A stretch of 34,299 nucleotides of DNA from Octopus bimaculoides (GCF_001194135.2 NC_068985.1:9255087-9289385); one strand, 5' to 3'. Shown: positions 26,244 through 34,006, counted from the first letter of the stretch. Translations and numbers: made by a program. Notes: generated by a model from the letters alone, not told the origin.

Positions 26244-29097
26244 CATACATACATACATACATACATACATACATACGGACAGACAGATAGACAGACAGAC
26301 AGGCATACTTTCAAATTTTGGCACAAGGCCACCAGTTTCGAGGAAAGGGATAAGTCAATTACATCGACCCTAGTGCTCGGCTGCTTCTTATTTTATCGAC
26401 CCAGAAATGATGAAAGGTAAAGTCGATCCTGGCGAAATTTGAGCTCCGAACAAAAAAAGGCAAACGAAATGCCGCTAAGCATTTTGTCCGACGCAGTGTC
26501 GATTCTACAAGTTCACCGCCTTAATACAAACAAACATAATTCTCATACACAATACACATAATACACACATATGTAGAAGCAAACAAACATGTACGCATGC
26601 AGGATTACCAAACCGATGTTACCTAAATTCCAACATAACAGTAAAATGAGAAATTTCCGAAGGGAAACGTAAGGAGATGGTTAAGAAGCTTGCTTCCCAA
26701 CCACGTGATTTCGGGTTCAGTTCCAGAGCAGCGTCTTCTATTATAGCCTCGGGTCGACGAATTTGAGTGGCGGAAACTATGCGAAAGCCCTTCGCATACG
26801 CATGTATATATATGTGTGTGTATATTTGCGTTTATGTTTGTCCCACACTACCTACCACAGCTTGACAACCGCGTAACCAAGCGGTGAGACAGATGGAAAA
26901 AGTGTCAAAGTTTTAAAATAAGTACAGGATTGATTTGTGCAATTAAACTCTTCAAGGCGGTGCCCCAGCATGGCTGCAGTCGAAGGACTGAAATGGGGGG
27001 GGGGGCTAATGCAGTTTCGCACCTCTCGTTGAAAAATGCATTTTTGGGGACAAATTTTTTCGGATCTCTACGCTTTAGATGTCGGAGATTACGAATATGC
27101 AAAAAATAAAAAATAAATTAACCCCCACCCGCTACCACCACCCCAAAAAATTTGGAACTTTTTCGAAATTTTTTTTCCGTCTTTTAGAGGACGGAGATTC
27201 CGCTCATAAAATAGTGTATACTCTCTTTTACTCTTTTACTTGTTTCAGTCCTTTGACTGCGGCCATGCAGGAGCACCGCCTTTAGTCGAGCAAATCGACN
27301 NNNNNNNNNNNNNNNNNNNNNNNNNNNNNNNNNNNNNNNNNNNNNNNNNNNNNNNNNNNNNNNNNNNNNNNNNNNNNNNNNNNNNNNNNNNNNNNNNNNN
27401 NNNNNNNNNNNNNNNNNNNNNNNNNNNNNNNNNNNNNNNNNNNNNNNNNNNNNNNNNNNNNNNNNNNNNNNNNNNNNNNNNNNNNNNNNNNNNNNNNNNN
27501 NNNNNNNNNNNNNNNNNNNNNNNNNNNNNNNNNNNNNNNNNNNNNNNNNNNNNNNNNNNNNNNNNNNNNNNNNNNNNNNNNNNNNNNNNNNNNNNNNNNN
27601 NNNNNNNNNNNNNNNNNNNNNNNNNNNNNNNNNNNNNNNNNNNNNNNNNNNNNNNNNNNNNNNNNNNNNNNNNNNNNNNNNNNNNNNNNNNNNNNNNNNN
27701 TTTTGCATATTCATAATCTCCGACATCTAAAACGTAGGAATCCGAAAAAATTCTTTCAAAATTATGCATTTTTCAAAGAGAGGTGAGAAACTGCATTAGC
27801 TCCGATAAAAGATAAACGGTATATACATACATACATACACACACACACTGGTAGAACACTCCAATAAAAATAGCAATTCGGTACAAGCATAGCAGACCCG
27901 ATATTGCTCTGTGGGAAAGGGGAACAAAAGCGATGCATAATTAGAGAGGTCAGTTACACCCAGCAGATATGAATGTACAATTAAAAAAGTTCTCCGGTAA
28001 TTTTCTTTCATGATAATAATTTTTTTTTTTTTTTTGTTAATTTAAAAATTTACCAGCAAAATCTTATAAAATGACAATATTCTAAAAGATATACATGTTT
28101 ATATTAAAGATTAGAAAATAAAAGTTTTTTTTTATCTTTATAGTGAATTAATGCAGAGCTCTGTATCTTGACTACAAATTCTTATTTGTACATATAATCA
28201 TAGGTAAATTACACTTTGTACATACAAATTTACACACACACACACACACATACACATAAAATTAGATATGCTGGGTTTTTGGTAGAACGAGCAAAAGAAA
28301 CTGGTGCAGATTTTTCATATTCAATCTATTAGTGGCACAGTGAAGGTTTGTAAGACATTCCAAAAATTCTCCGTATGAGATACTTTAAGTGAACAAATGC
28401 AAACACTTGCGTGTGCGATTCGACAGCTCAAACAACACAACAACTCAACCGCATATTTACATTTACCGGGAACTCTCTTAACCCATTTACCACCCATAAT
28501 TCTATGAAACTTCGATTTCTAGCATAAAACAGCCTTAGAAACACGCTGGAATGATCAAAATAACATTTTAAATAGAAATAAGCGAGATATTGGGTGAAAA
28601 ATTAGCAAACCTCATTTGAATATCAGAGAAATATACCTAGTAGATATAGCAAAAAGGTTAGATATGTGTAAATATTGACAGATAATTAGGAAATTTGTAA
28701 TTTTTAAGTGATCTCATATGAGATCACTGGTAGGTAATGGGTTAACTCAAAAACTCTTTTCGTTTTGTTAGCAAACGGTTTGAACTCTCTCAGAAAGAAC
28801 TAAGAACTCAAAGAAAAATATATATTCATATATGCACGTCTGTATGAAAGGAAATAAAGGGGTGAAGAGAAGTGAAACCCAAAATGATAACTTGCCTGTT
28901 ATAAGAACAGCTTTCCGTTCTGGATCAATGTACGTCTTCCTGTTGAAATGCATTATAGCAGTCTGAATAAATATCAGCTGGATAAAGAGAAGCAACATTG
29001 AATATGCCGATGAGAAAACAGAGTTCTGTAGTTGTGTGGATAAGGCCCAAACACCGACCACCAAGCAGGTTCCTATGATGAACTTTAGTGGAGCCAT
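2313..29097 (-). CDS. Classical SDR oxidoreductase, 362 aa, 5 exons (D-beta-hydroxybutyrate dehydrogenase / retinol dehydrogenase / 17-beta-HSD-like, SDR9C-type)
   Basis: Exons of 202+213+183+133+358 = 1089 nt splice in frame (intron phases 1,1,1,2). SDR motifs appear in the correct order: N-terminal hydrophobic anchor, TGCDTGFG (TGxxxGxG), LDV, VNNAG, NVN, VVNVAS, YSMSK (YxxxK), VEPGLYKT, and a C-terminal YGEEYF...RY segment. The exact orthologue cannot be fixed without a search. Confidence 0.93.
2680..2722. repeat. (AAT)n microsatellite
   Basis: Direct inspection. Abuts the exon 5 acceptor. Confidence 0.95.
2722..3245 (+). mobile_element. Internally deleted R4/Dong-like (RLE-type) non-LTR retrotransposon fragment
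   Basis: 2803-2990 translates as RWVKKTMHGQF...*LWMTKRDLKPETESLICAAQVQALRTNYIK, the post-RT segment typical of R4/Dong/Rex6-type elements. It is followed by a non-coding tail ending in ATCATAATAAT and preceded by (AAT)n. Confidence 0.65.
3257..3420 (-). mobile_element. SINE family A copy (partial)
   Basis: Contains the family core GTCGACTTTGCCTTTCATC...GTCGATAA...CTGGGGTC repeated more than 12 times in the window. Confidence 0.8.
3476..4560 (-). mobile_element. Decayed L1/Tx1-like LINE reverse transcriptase fragment
   Basis: Frameshifted RT motifs in order on the minus strand: RKDLNKGDNFDNIMPIT/LNAEF, LSKAFDRV, SVRQGCTISSILYVL, AYTDDVT. Confidence 0.8.
4662..4872 (-). mobile_element. SINE family A copy
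   Basis: tRNA-like head (GAGCTGGCAGAA...GTTCAAGTTCC) plus family core. Confidence 0.82.
5052..5184 (-). CDS. SDR exon 4 (RFTLPAFSAYSMSKVACIAFSDGLRQEMNKFEIKVITVEPGLY-K)
   Basis: Not in the ORF track; found by hand translation. Acceptor tttaacaacAG, donor AA|GTACGT. 133 nt. Carries the catalytic YxxxK. Confidence 0.93.
6217..6310. repeat. Compound (TGC)n-(TGT)n microsatellite
   Basis: Direct inspection. Confidence 0.95.
6620..6800 (+). repeat. Old dispersed repeat (related inverted copies at about 8340-8520 and 10130-10300; partial at about 6310-6420)
   Basis: ATTTGAAGGACATTTAGCTGTAGATTTTAACAGGTCGAGCGA resembles the reverse complement of 10184-10235. Only loose similarity by eye. Confidence 0.45.
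6869..7051 (-). CDS. SDR exon 3 (LWALVNNAGIAEISEIEWC...GRVVNVASLA-G)
   Basis: Acceptor aaaatgcAG, donor G|GTAAGT. 183 nt. Contains NNAG, the catalytic Asn and the catalytic Ser. Confidence 0.93.
7368..7518. repeat. (AGAT)n and (GT)n microsatellites
   Basis: Direct inspection. Confidence 0.9.
7793..8191 (+). mobile_element. tRNA-headed SINE family B, full length
   Basis: A box TGGCCCAGTGG, B box GTTTCGATTCC. High similarity over about 360 nt to the minus-strand copy at 19566-19929. Internal triplication of GTCGTAGGATCA. Confidence 0.85.
9553..10035 (-). mobile_element. Cluster of three SINE family A copies (9553-9752 near full; about 9800-9925 and 9945-10035 partial)
   Basis: Three occurrences of the GAAAGGCAAAG..GAC....GAATTTGAAC core in the same orientation. 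Confidence 0.78.
10365..10663 (-). mobile_element. SINE with family-B head but a different 3' module
   Basis: Shares the head and about 200 nt with family B (GGGTTCGAATCTCAGACCGGGCG...CACCTAAGCTCCAC...TTCTCTCACTCTT), then diverges into GACGTCCCGTCCAGG...GAAACCGGGAAAC. Confidence 0.75.
11227..11314. repeat. Perfect 40-bp inverted repeat with 8-nt loop, running into a gap
   Basis: TAGTTGTATACTGCCAACTTAACGTGACAGTCCCAATAAG - TATATTCC - exact reverse complement. Confidence 0.95.
12987..13158 (+). mobile_element. SINE family C (tRNA head plus CORE-like domain), truncated by gap
   Basis: GTGGCTGCGTGGTAAG...GGTTCAGTCCC head, then CATTGGGCAAGTGTCTTCTACTATAGC resembling the CORE-SINE CCTTGGGCAAGT motif. 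Confidence 0.78.
13677..13773 (-). mobile_element. Inverted, head-deleted copy of the adjacent SINE (tail + (AAT)n + first 8 nt)
   Basis: The reverse complement matches 13897-13957 closely. ATATGCCC mirrors GGGCATAT across a 2-nt spacer. Confidence 0.8.
13776..14080 (+). mobile_element. tRNA-Arg-like SINE with internal (AAT)n and a hammerhead-containing tail
   Basis: Head GGGCATATGGCGTAGTGGTTAAG...CTAC...AAGATTCC.ACTTCGATTCC aligns by eye with eukaryotic tRNA-Arg(ACG), with an A box and a mutated B box. It is followed by (AAT)n and a roughly 190-nt tail whose first part is also present inverted at 13677-13735. Confidence 0.8.
13950..13995 (+). ncRNA. Minimal type I hammerhead ribozyme motif (Penelope-type, U3 variant)
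   Basis: GACAT-TTGATGA-A-GGCTG-loop-CAGCC-GAAAC-GTT-ATGTT: stem I 5 bp, stem II 5 bp, palindromic ACGT stem III, GUU cleavage triplet. The inverted copy reads GACAC-CTG before the gap. Confidence 0.65.
14169..14381 (-). CDS. SDR exon 2 (CDTGFGHELAVKLDLKGFSVYACCL...QLDVVSDEQLQKAVKDVKSDLGPN)
   Basis: Acceptor ttctgttacAG, donor A|GTGAGT. 213 nt. Completes the glycine-rich Rossmann motif. Confidence 0.93.
14567..15097. mobile_element. Diverged inverted-repeat element spanning a gap, with degenerate TTAGGG-like repeats inside
   Basis: GGCAAAAATCGGCATTTAAAAATT (about 14608) versus the reverse complement GCTAAAAATCGGCAATGTGAAAATT (about 15040-15063). GGTTAGGGTT variants at 14925-14985. Confidence 0.5.
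15176..15449. mobile_element. MITE with about 115-bp imperfect terminal inverted repeats
   Basis: GGGGCTAATG...GCACCTCTCCTTGAAAAATGC...CCCTACGTTTTAGAT...GATTACGAATA is mirrored at the right end. A second copy lies at 27002-27803. Confidence 0.85.
15478..15595 (-). mobile_element. SINE family A copy (partial)
   Basis: AAAGTTGACCTCAGCAGGATTTGAACTCA core. Confidence 0.65.
15813..16510 (+). mobile_element. Three SINE family A copies (15813-15940 partial, 16066-16280, 16299-16510)
   Basis: Heads GGC..TGAGC.GG, B box GTTCAAA.TC, core CATCCTTTCGGGGTCGAT. The middle copy is bounded by the 17-bp direct repeat TTATTAGAAATATTTCT. Confidence 0.85.
17205..18382 (-). repeat. Tandem array of about 324-bp units (SINE-A plus spacer), interrupted by an insertion and a gap
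   Basis: CAGAACTTTA unit starts at 17211, 17535 and 18272. 17331-17575 is near-identical to 18066-18310. Confidence 0.85.
17577..17940. mobile_element. Unclassified inserted element containing (CCCTAA)3
   Basis: Interrupts unit 2 of the tandem array at GGAATTT. CCCTAACCCTAACCCTAA at 17811-17828. The class (possibly Helentron-derived) is not established. Confidence 0.5.
18653..18735. repeat. (CT)n microsatellite (others at about 20383-20452; (GT)n at 11832-11915 and 21433-21512)
   Basis: Direct inspection. Confidence 0.95.
19235..19522. repeat. Inverted repeat with about 88-bp arms and 113-bp spacer, hammerhead-like motif in each arm
   Basis: GGAAAAAAGTCAAGGTAG...AAAATAATTTTATAAAAAA.CATTTCA...GAGACTTTTTCA is mirrored at 19435-19522. 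Confidence 0.8.
19566..19929 (-). mobile_element. tRNA-headed SINE family B, full length
   Basis: Reverse complement of the 7793-8191 element. Confidence 0.85.
21788..22375 (+). mobile_element. SINE family C, diverged, interrupted by an insert at about 21990-22170
   Basis: Head and CORE-like part at 21788-21960. Tail CACCACCGCTTGACAAC...GTGCCCCAGCATGG at 22190-22375. Confidence 0.7.
23780..23939. mobile_element. Short MITE with about 16-bp TIRs
   Basis: AGGTGCGGTCCCAGG ... CCTTGGGTCCGCCCCT, flanked by TAATATA / CAATATA. Confidence 0.6.
24953..25110 (+). repeat. Two diverged tandem units of about 75 bp
   Basis: GGTAATAC.TAACAAG...AGTAATAGCTCG.GGA.AAGATAGTCC...GGGCTCGGAAGA occurs twice. Confidence 0.7.
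25629..25740 (+). mobile_element. SINE family A 5' portion, fused to an inverted family C fragment (25740-25850)
   Basis: GGCGGTGAGCTGGCAGAATGGTTAGC...TTCAAATTCC...GTCGACTTTGCC, then the reverse complement of the CGCTTGACAACC...GGTTCGGCAAA segment. Confidence 0.75.
26203..26300. repeat. Compound (AT)n-(ATAC)n-(AGAC)n microsatellite
   Basis: Direct inspection. Confidence 0.92.
26322..26522 (-). mobile_element. SINE family A copy
   Basis: Full head, core and CCTTGTGCC tail in reverse orientation. Confidence 0.8.
26672..26994 (+). mobile_element. SINE family C copy
   Basis: AAGAAGCTTGCTTCCCAACCAC...GGGTTCAGTTCC head and GGCGGTGCCCCAGCATGGCTGCAGTC tail. Confidence 0.78.
27002..27803. mobile_element. 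Second copy of the same MITE, containing a nested SINE-C fragment and a gap
   Basis: GGGGCTAATGCAGTTTCGCACCTCTC ... GAGAGGTGAGAAACTGCATTAGCTCC inverted termini. Confidence 0.85.
28482..28741. mobile_element. piggyBac-type MITE (TTAA target duplication, CCC...GGG termini)
   Basis: TTAA|CCCATTTACCACC ... GGTAGGTAATGGG|TTAA. Perfect 22-bp subterminal palindrome AGTGATCTCATATGAGATCACT at 28707-28728. Confidence 0.8.
28896..29097 (-). CDS. SDR exon 1 (MAPLKFIIGTCLVVGVWAL...ERKAVLIT-G)
   Basis: ATG at 29097 in a good Kozak context (ACGATGG). Two hydrophobic stretches, then KAVLITG. Ends ACAG|GCAAGT (GC donor). Confidence 0.85.
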
Positions 29098-29233
29098 CGT
29101 TTCGCTTGTGTTGTTGCTAATGCTTCTCAGCGAAGTTGTCGTTGTCAAGCTTTTATGTTGAACTCTGATAATTGTTAGAGATGGTCAGTTTAAGGACATA
29201 ATACGGTGCAGACGACGAGAGAGTTACATCAAC

Positions 29234-29270
29234 ACTAACAATAGAAGCTCGTTTTGCTTTCTCCTTTATA
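29234..29270 (-). promoter_or_regulatory. Putative core promoter of the SDR gene (TATA box plus Inr-like TTAGT)
   Basis: TATAAAG starts at 29270 on the minus strand and TTAGT lies at 29238-29234, about 140 nt upstream of the ATG. A long CT/GA-rich tract (29370-29575) lies further upstream. No transcript evidence. Confidence 0.4.
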
Positions 29271-30289
29271 GGAAGAGTGAGCGAAGGAAAATAAAAGAGA
29301 GGTTGTTTTGAAAAGTGTTTTTGTGTCACCAACAGGAAAGTAGATTAAAACATCGTCGCCAAGGAGTGATAACAAGAGAGAGGAGAGAGGGGGGAAGAGA
29401 TAGAGAGAAAGAGAGAAAAGGGGAGAGGAGGGAGGGAGAGAGAGTGATAGAAGGGGGGAAAAAGTTGGCTCACTGACCAACAAATGACAGCAAACATTGA
29501 GTAGGAGAAAGCAAAAGGAGGTCAAGAAGAGACAGAGGGAGAAGGAGACGACAAAAGAGAGAGAGAGAGGGGGGAGCACAGAATGGCGGTAGACATGTGA
29601 CACTTCTATTGATATATAACAGAAAACATCCCCGATATGGGATGGTAAACATTCTGCCAGCTATTACTAAAACAAACAACAAATAAAGCAAAATGTTGTG
29701 CAGTGACAATGTGACAGTTTTTTCTCTCCCCCCCCCCCCCCGCCATTCTCGTTTTTCTGTTTTTATTTTCTTTGCAATCGTCTGACGATTAGTATCTTAT
29801 AAATGTATCGTTTTGTTTATCCAAATAACCGGTCTTGCTTTCCCTCTAAATTTCATTATTTATGCTTTTCGTGAATAAGTTCAAGGACGACCACACTCTA
29901 GTTAGAATTAGAACCGGTTCCATATTAATCCAAGACACAATTAGATATTCACTATTTGTGGTTAATTTTTCAAAATCGCTCGCTATTATTCTGTAAAAGT
30001 AGCTCGGTTTTCATACGAAAGAGAATATATTAGAAAGTCATAGTAGCAGACGTTATTTAAATTCTGATTGAAGCAACAGTGATATTTTTATTATTTTTAT
30101 ATTAGTTAATCAAGAATTATATAATCCAATGCAGTCTTTTAATTTTTGTTACAGAAAGTTTGAACAACAAAACATTGAAAAAATGTAACTGCTATTTCTA
30201 GGAAATCTGGTAACCACATGGAGGCTTCCTTGGTTCGAGAAAAGAGACTTACAAATAATGCTAATAATGGCTTCTAATTTAGGAAAAAG

Positions 30290-30440
30290 ACTAGCAATTT
30301 TGAAAAGTAAGTGTAGTTAATTACATCGGTTCCAGTGCATGACTGATACTTTATTTTATCGACCACGGAGGGATGAAAAATAAAGTTAACCTCAGCGAGG
30401 TTTGAACTCAAAAAATAAAAAGCCGGAACAAATATCGCCT
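30290..30440 (-). mobile_element. SINE family A copy abutting the RTE 5' end
   Basis: TTTTATCGACC...GATGAAAAATAAAGTTAACCTCAGCGAGGTTTGAACTC core. Confidence 0.7.
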
Positions 30441-32460
30441 GTCATCTCTGGTGAAGGTGACGAAATGGGAGGCGAATGAAAGGTTCGGGAAAAAGTTGAG
30501 TGAACATTTTGTAAGAAATAAAAGGACGGAAAGAGGTACAGAGGAAAAGAAAGGTGGTTAGGGGAAGAGAAGAAAAGGTGAAGAATGTAAATGGAAATTT
30601 ATCAGAAGGGAAGTGAGTAAGTTCAAAGGAGATGGGCATGGTATTTTAGTGAGCTGTTAAATGTGGGGAGTATTAGGGAGGCAAGTATAATGGCTGTAGG
30701 AGGAGAGAGGAGAATGCCTGTTGCTGGGGAATGGAAGTACGGTGCAATTGGAAGGGAGAAGGTGAGGGAATCCTTGCAGGAGATAGCAAACCGGAAGGCG
30801 CCATGTATAGATGGGTGTACAGGGGGAAAGCCTAAAGAAAGGAGGAGTGACAGTGATTGAAAGGTTAATGAGGCTTATGAATGTTTGTTACATGGATGGA
30901 AGAGAACCAAAGGAATGGTGCAGTGCCTGTATAGTGCCACTGTACAAGGGGAAAGGGGATAAATGTGAGTGTAGAAATTTTAGGGGTATAAGTCTGTTGT
31001 GTGGCTGGTAAGCTGTATGGGAGAATTCTGATTGTAAGGGTGAGGAACCAGACAAAGAGTGGACTAGGGGAGGAGCAGTGTGGTTTTAGGAGTGGAAGCT
31101 GGTGTGCAGATATTTGTAGTAAGGCAGATGTACGAGAAGTTTTTGGCAAAAGGGAGGCAGGTGTATTGGGCCTTTATGGACCTAGAGAAGGCATATGACC
31201 ATGTGGATCGGGATGCAATGGGGTAGGTGTCGCGGTTGTATGGAGTAGATGGTAGATTGTTGAGAGCTGTACTGAGTTTTTATAGAGTAAGTAAGGCGTG
31301 CGCTAGGGTGGGTGGTGAAGTAAATGAGTGGTTTGATGTGAAAGTGGGGTTATGACAGGGTTGTGTGATGTCTCCGTGGCTGTTTAATTCATATGTGGAT
31401 TAATGCTAGAGGTAAATGCTAGAACCTTTGGTAGGGGAGCCCAAATGCAAGAGAAAATGGAGAGAAATGGGAGGTGAGTCAGTTGTTGTTTGCTGACGAT
31501 ACAGCAGTGTTGGTGGATTCGGAAGAGCAACTGAGGAGGATGGTAGTAGAGTCTGGAAGAGTGTGTGAAAGGAGGAAACTGAAAGTGAAAGAAACTAAGA
31601 GTAAGGTAATATGATGTTCGAGAGATGGAATGGCTGGAAGGATGGATGTGAGTATAAATGGTGAGTGTTTTTAAGTATCTGGGATCGCATGTGACGGCGG
31701 ATGGGGGGTGGATGAGGAGGTGGGATATAGAGTGAGGGAGGGGAGTAAGATGCTTGGAGTTGTGGAAGGTATGCTGATAGATAAAAGGTTCAGAATGAAA
31801 GCGAAAAGAGGTGTGTATGAGGGCGTGATTGTGCCGAGAATGTTATGTGGTGCAGAGACGTGGGGGCTGACAGAAGCGGAAAGGAAGCGACTAGATGTGT
31901 TTGAGATGAGATGTTTGATGGCTATGGTTGGTGTGACACGGATGGACAGGATGAGGAATGAGGAGGTGCGAAGGCGAGCAGGAATGTGAGAAAAACCAAC
32001 AACCAAAATGGATAGACGAATATTCAGGTGGTTTAGCCATATGGAGAGGATGAATGAGAAGCGGGTGGTGAGGAAGGTGATGAAGGCAGAAGTGGTAGGC
32101 AGCAGAACCAAAGGCAGACCCCGGTTTGTGTGGATGGATGGAGTGAGGAAAGGTTTGGTTAGAGGTGTTGGAGTGAGAGAAACAAGACGGCTTACAGGTG
32201 ATAGGAAAGCTTGGAGAGTGTTTGTGGACGGATCAGTGAATTTTAATGTTGCTCAAAAGGGTACGGAACTAGCATGATGTGGCGGAGGTAAACCAGCATG
32301 TGTTGTCGGGCCCCGGTGCTGAAATTGGAGGTTGCGTTCTATGCCTTAACCCGAGCATAGAACGGGGCTCACCTCTTTGAGCTGGGAAATGAATATAACA
32401 CTTGTTGTGTGCCTTGTTGTGGCTACCCCCTCCTAAAAACAAAGGGGGGGGGGATACGCT
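30440..32460 (+). mobile_element. 5'-truncated, decayed RTE-clade LINE (RT, C-terminus and 3' UTR)
   Basis: Motifs IVPLYKGKGD, CRNFRGISLL, EQCGFRSG, FMDLEKAYD, GL*QGCVMSPWLFN, LLFADD, FKYLG, RWFSHMERM, GRPRFVW, with stops and frameshifts. Strongly purine-rich relative to its flanks. 3' UTR ends at GGGGATACGCT. Confidence 0.92.
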
Positions 32461-32484
32461 TGGATGTATAAAAAAAAGGAGAGT

Positions 32485-32640
32485 GTTTGTTGATTACTTC
32501 GAACCCTAGCACTCGACTTGTAGTTATTTTATCGATCTCGAAAAGATGAAAGGCAAAGTCGACCTCGGTGAAATTTGAGCTCAGAACGTATAGACGGACG
32601 AAACGCCACTAACCATTTTGTCGGGCATGCAGTAAATTTA
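32485..32640 (-). mobile_element. SINE family A copy
   Basis: GATGAAAGGCAAAGTCGACCTCGGTGAAATTTGAGCTCAGAACG core. Confidence 0.78.
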
Positions 32641-33102
32641 ATAATAGCGATAATTGTTTCTTAGGCAGAAGCTCGGTAATTTTTGAGAGCAGAAGGGTCG
32701 GTTGATACCATTCACCATTTGATTTCGCTTTGTTTTNNNNNNNNNNNNNNNNNNNNNNNNNNNNNNNNNNNNNNNNNNNNNNNNNNNNNNNNNNNNNNNN
32801 NNNNNNNNNNNNNNNNNNNNNNNNNNNNNNNNNNNNNNNNNNNNNNNNNNNNNNNNNNNNNNNNNNNNNNNNNNNNNNNNNNNNNNNNNNNNNNNNNNNN
32901 NNNNNNNNNNNNNNNNNNNNNNNNNNNNNNNNNNNNNNNNNNNNNNNNNNNNNNNNNNNNNNNNNNNNNNNNNNNNNNNNNNNNNNNNNNNNNNNNNNNN
33001 NNNNNNNNNNNNNNNNNNNNNNNNNNNNNNNNNNNNNNNNNNNNNNNNNNNNNNNNNNNNNNNNNNNNNNNNNNNNNNNNNNNNNNNNNNNNNNNNNNNN
33101 NN

Positions 33103-33312
33103 TGTATGTCTCTGTTTGTCTTCCCATCATCGCTTGACAACCGATGCTGGTGTGTTTACGTCCCCGAAACTTAGCGGTTCGGCAAAAGAGACCGACAAAA
33201 TAAGTACTAGGCTTACAAAGAATAAGTCCTGGGGTCGATCTGTTCGAATAAAGAGGCGCTCCAGCATGACCGCTGTCAAAAAATTGACTGAAACAAGTAA
33301 AAGAGTAAAAGA
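33103..33312 (+). mobile_element. SINE family C 3' portion (5' part lost in gap)
   Basis: CATCGCTTGACAACCGATGCTGG...GGCGCTCCAGCATGACCGC...GACTGAAACAAGTAAAAGAGTAAAAGAG. The inverse of this tail occurs at 27213-27299. Confidence 0.8.
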
Positions 33313-33735
33313 GATTGCGACCGGATATGAACTCAGAACAGGAAGTACCGAAACCGATCGTTCGGTTCAATTTTTACGTGTCCGGAAAATTCGACGTAAA
33401 CATATTCACCGTGGGAAAGTTTGCAGTCGAAAAACTCTCTGTAAGAGGCTTCGCTGTATGTGAGAATTCGCCGAAAGACAAATTCACCCTATGGACAATG
33501 ATGAAGTGTTATTTCAGAATTAAAAAAAAAAATTAAAATTATGAAAAAGAAAAAGAATGATAAGAGATTTTATAATAGCATTAAATTGGTAGGTCATTAT
33601 TTAATGACCAAACTTGATGAGGTCATTTAAAACTTATGAAAATTTCACGCAATGCTGTGCAAACAATATACTTTTTACTGCGGATAGCATCGAAGCATTT
33701 GTCTCTAAAGTCCTACATTAATATCTTTTCTGCTA

Positions 33736-34006
33736 AGACGGCGAGCTGGCAGAAACGTTATCACACCGGGTGAAATAATTAGCGTATTTCGTCTACCGTT
33801 ACGTTCTGTGGTCAAATTCCGCCGAGGTCGACTTTGCCTTTTATCCTTTCGGGGTCGATAAATTAAGTACCAGTTGCGCACTGGAGTCTATGTAATCCAC
33901 TTAATCCCTTTGTCTGTCCCCTCTATGTTTAGTCCCTTGTGGGCAATAAAGACATAAGACATGTTAGCACGCCGGGCGAAATGCTTAGCGGTATTTCGTC
34001 TGCCGT
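33736..34006 (+). mobile_element. SINE family A copy with a variant tail, followed by a duplicated head fragment
   Basis: GACGGCGAGCTGGCAGAAACGTTA...GGTCAAATTCCGCCGAGGTCGACTTTGCC. A second GTTAGCACGCCGGGCGAAATGCTTAGCG lies at about 33963. Confidence 0.85.

Noticed and set aside
29148-29148. Upstream TTG start giving the MTTTTSLR... extension of exon 1
   Set aside because: Non-ATG start from the ORF caller; the ATG at 29097 has a strong Kozak context and gives a normal SDR N-terminus.
29235-29709. Leu/Ser-rich ORFs upstream of exon 1
   Set aside because: Translation of a CT-rich low-complexity tract.
11250-33370. Long ORFs containing runs of X (e.g. 12827-13954, 20489-21532, 27184-27769, 32609-33370)
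   Set aside because: Open only because N-gaps contain no stop codons.
33337-33500. Short hairpin AACCGA-TCGT-TCGGTT and degenerate AATTCG/C repeats suggestive of a Helentron-like end
   Set aside because: Single copy in the window, no second terminus found; cannot classify.
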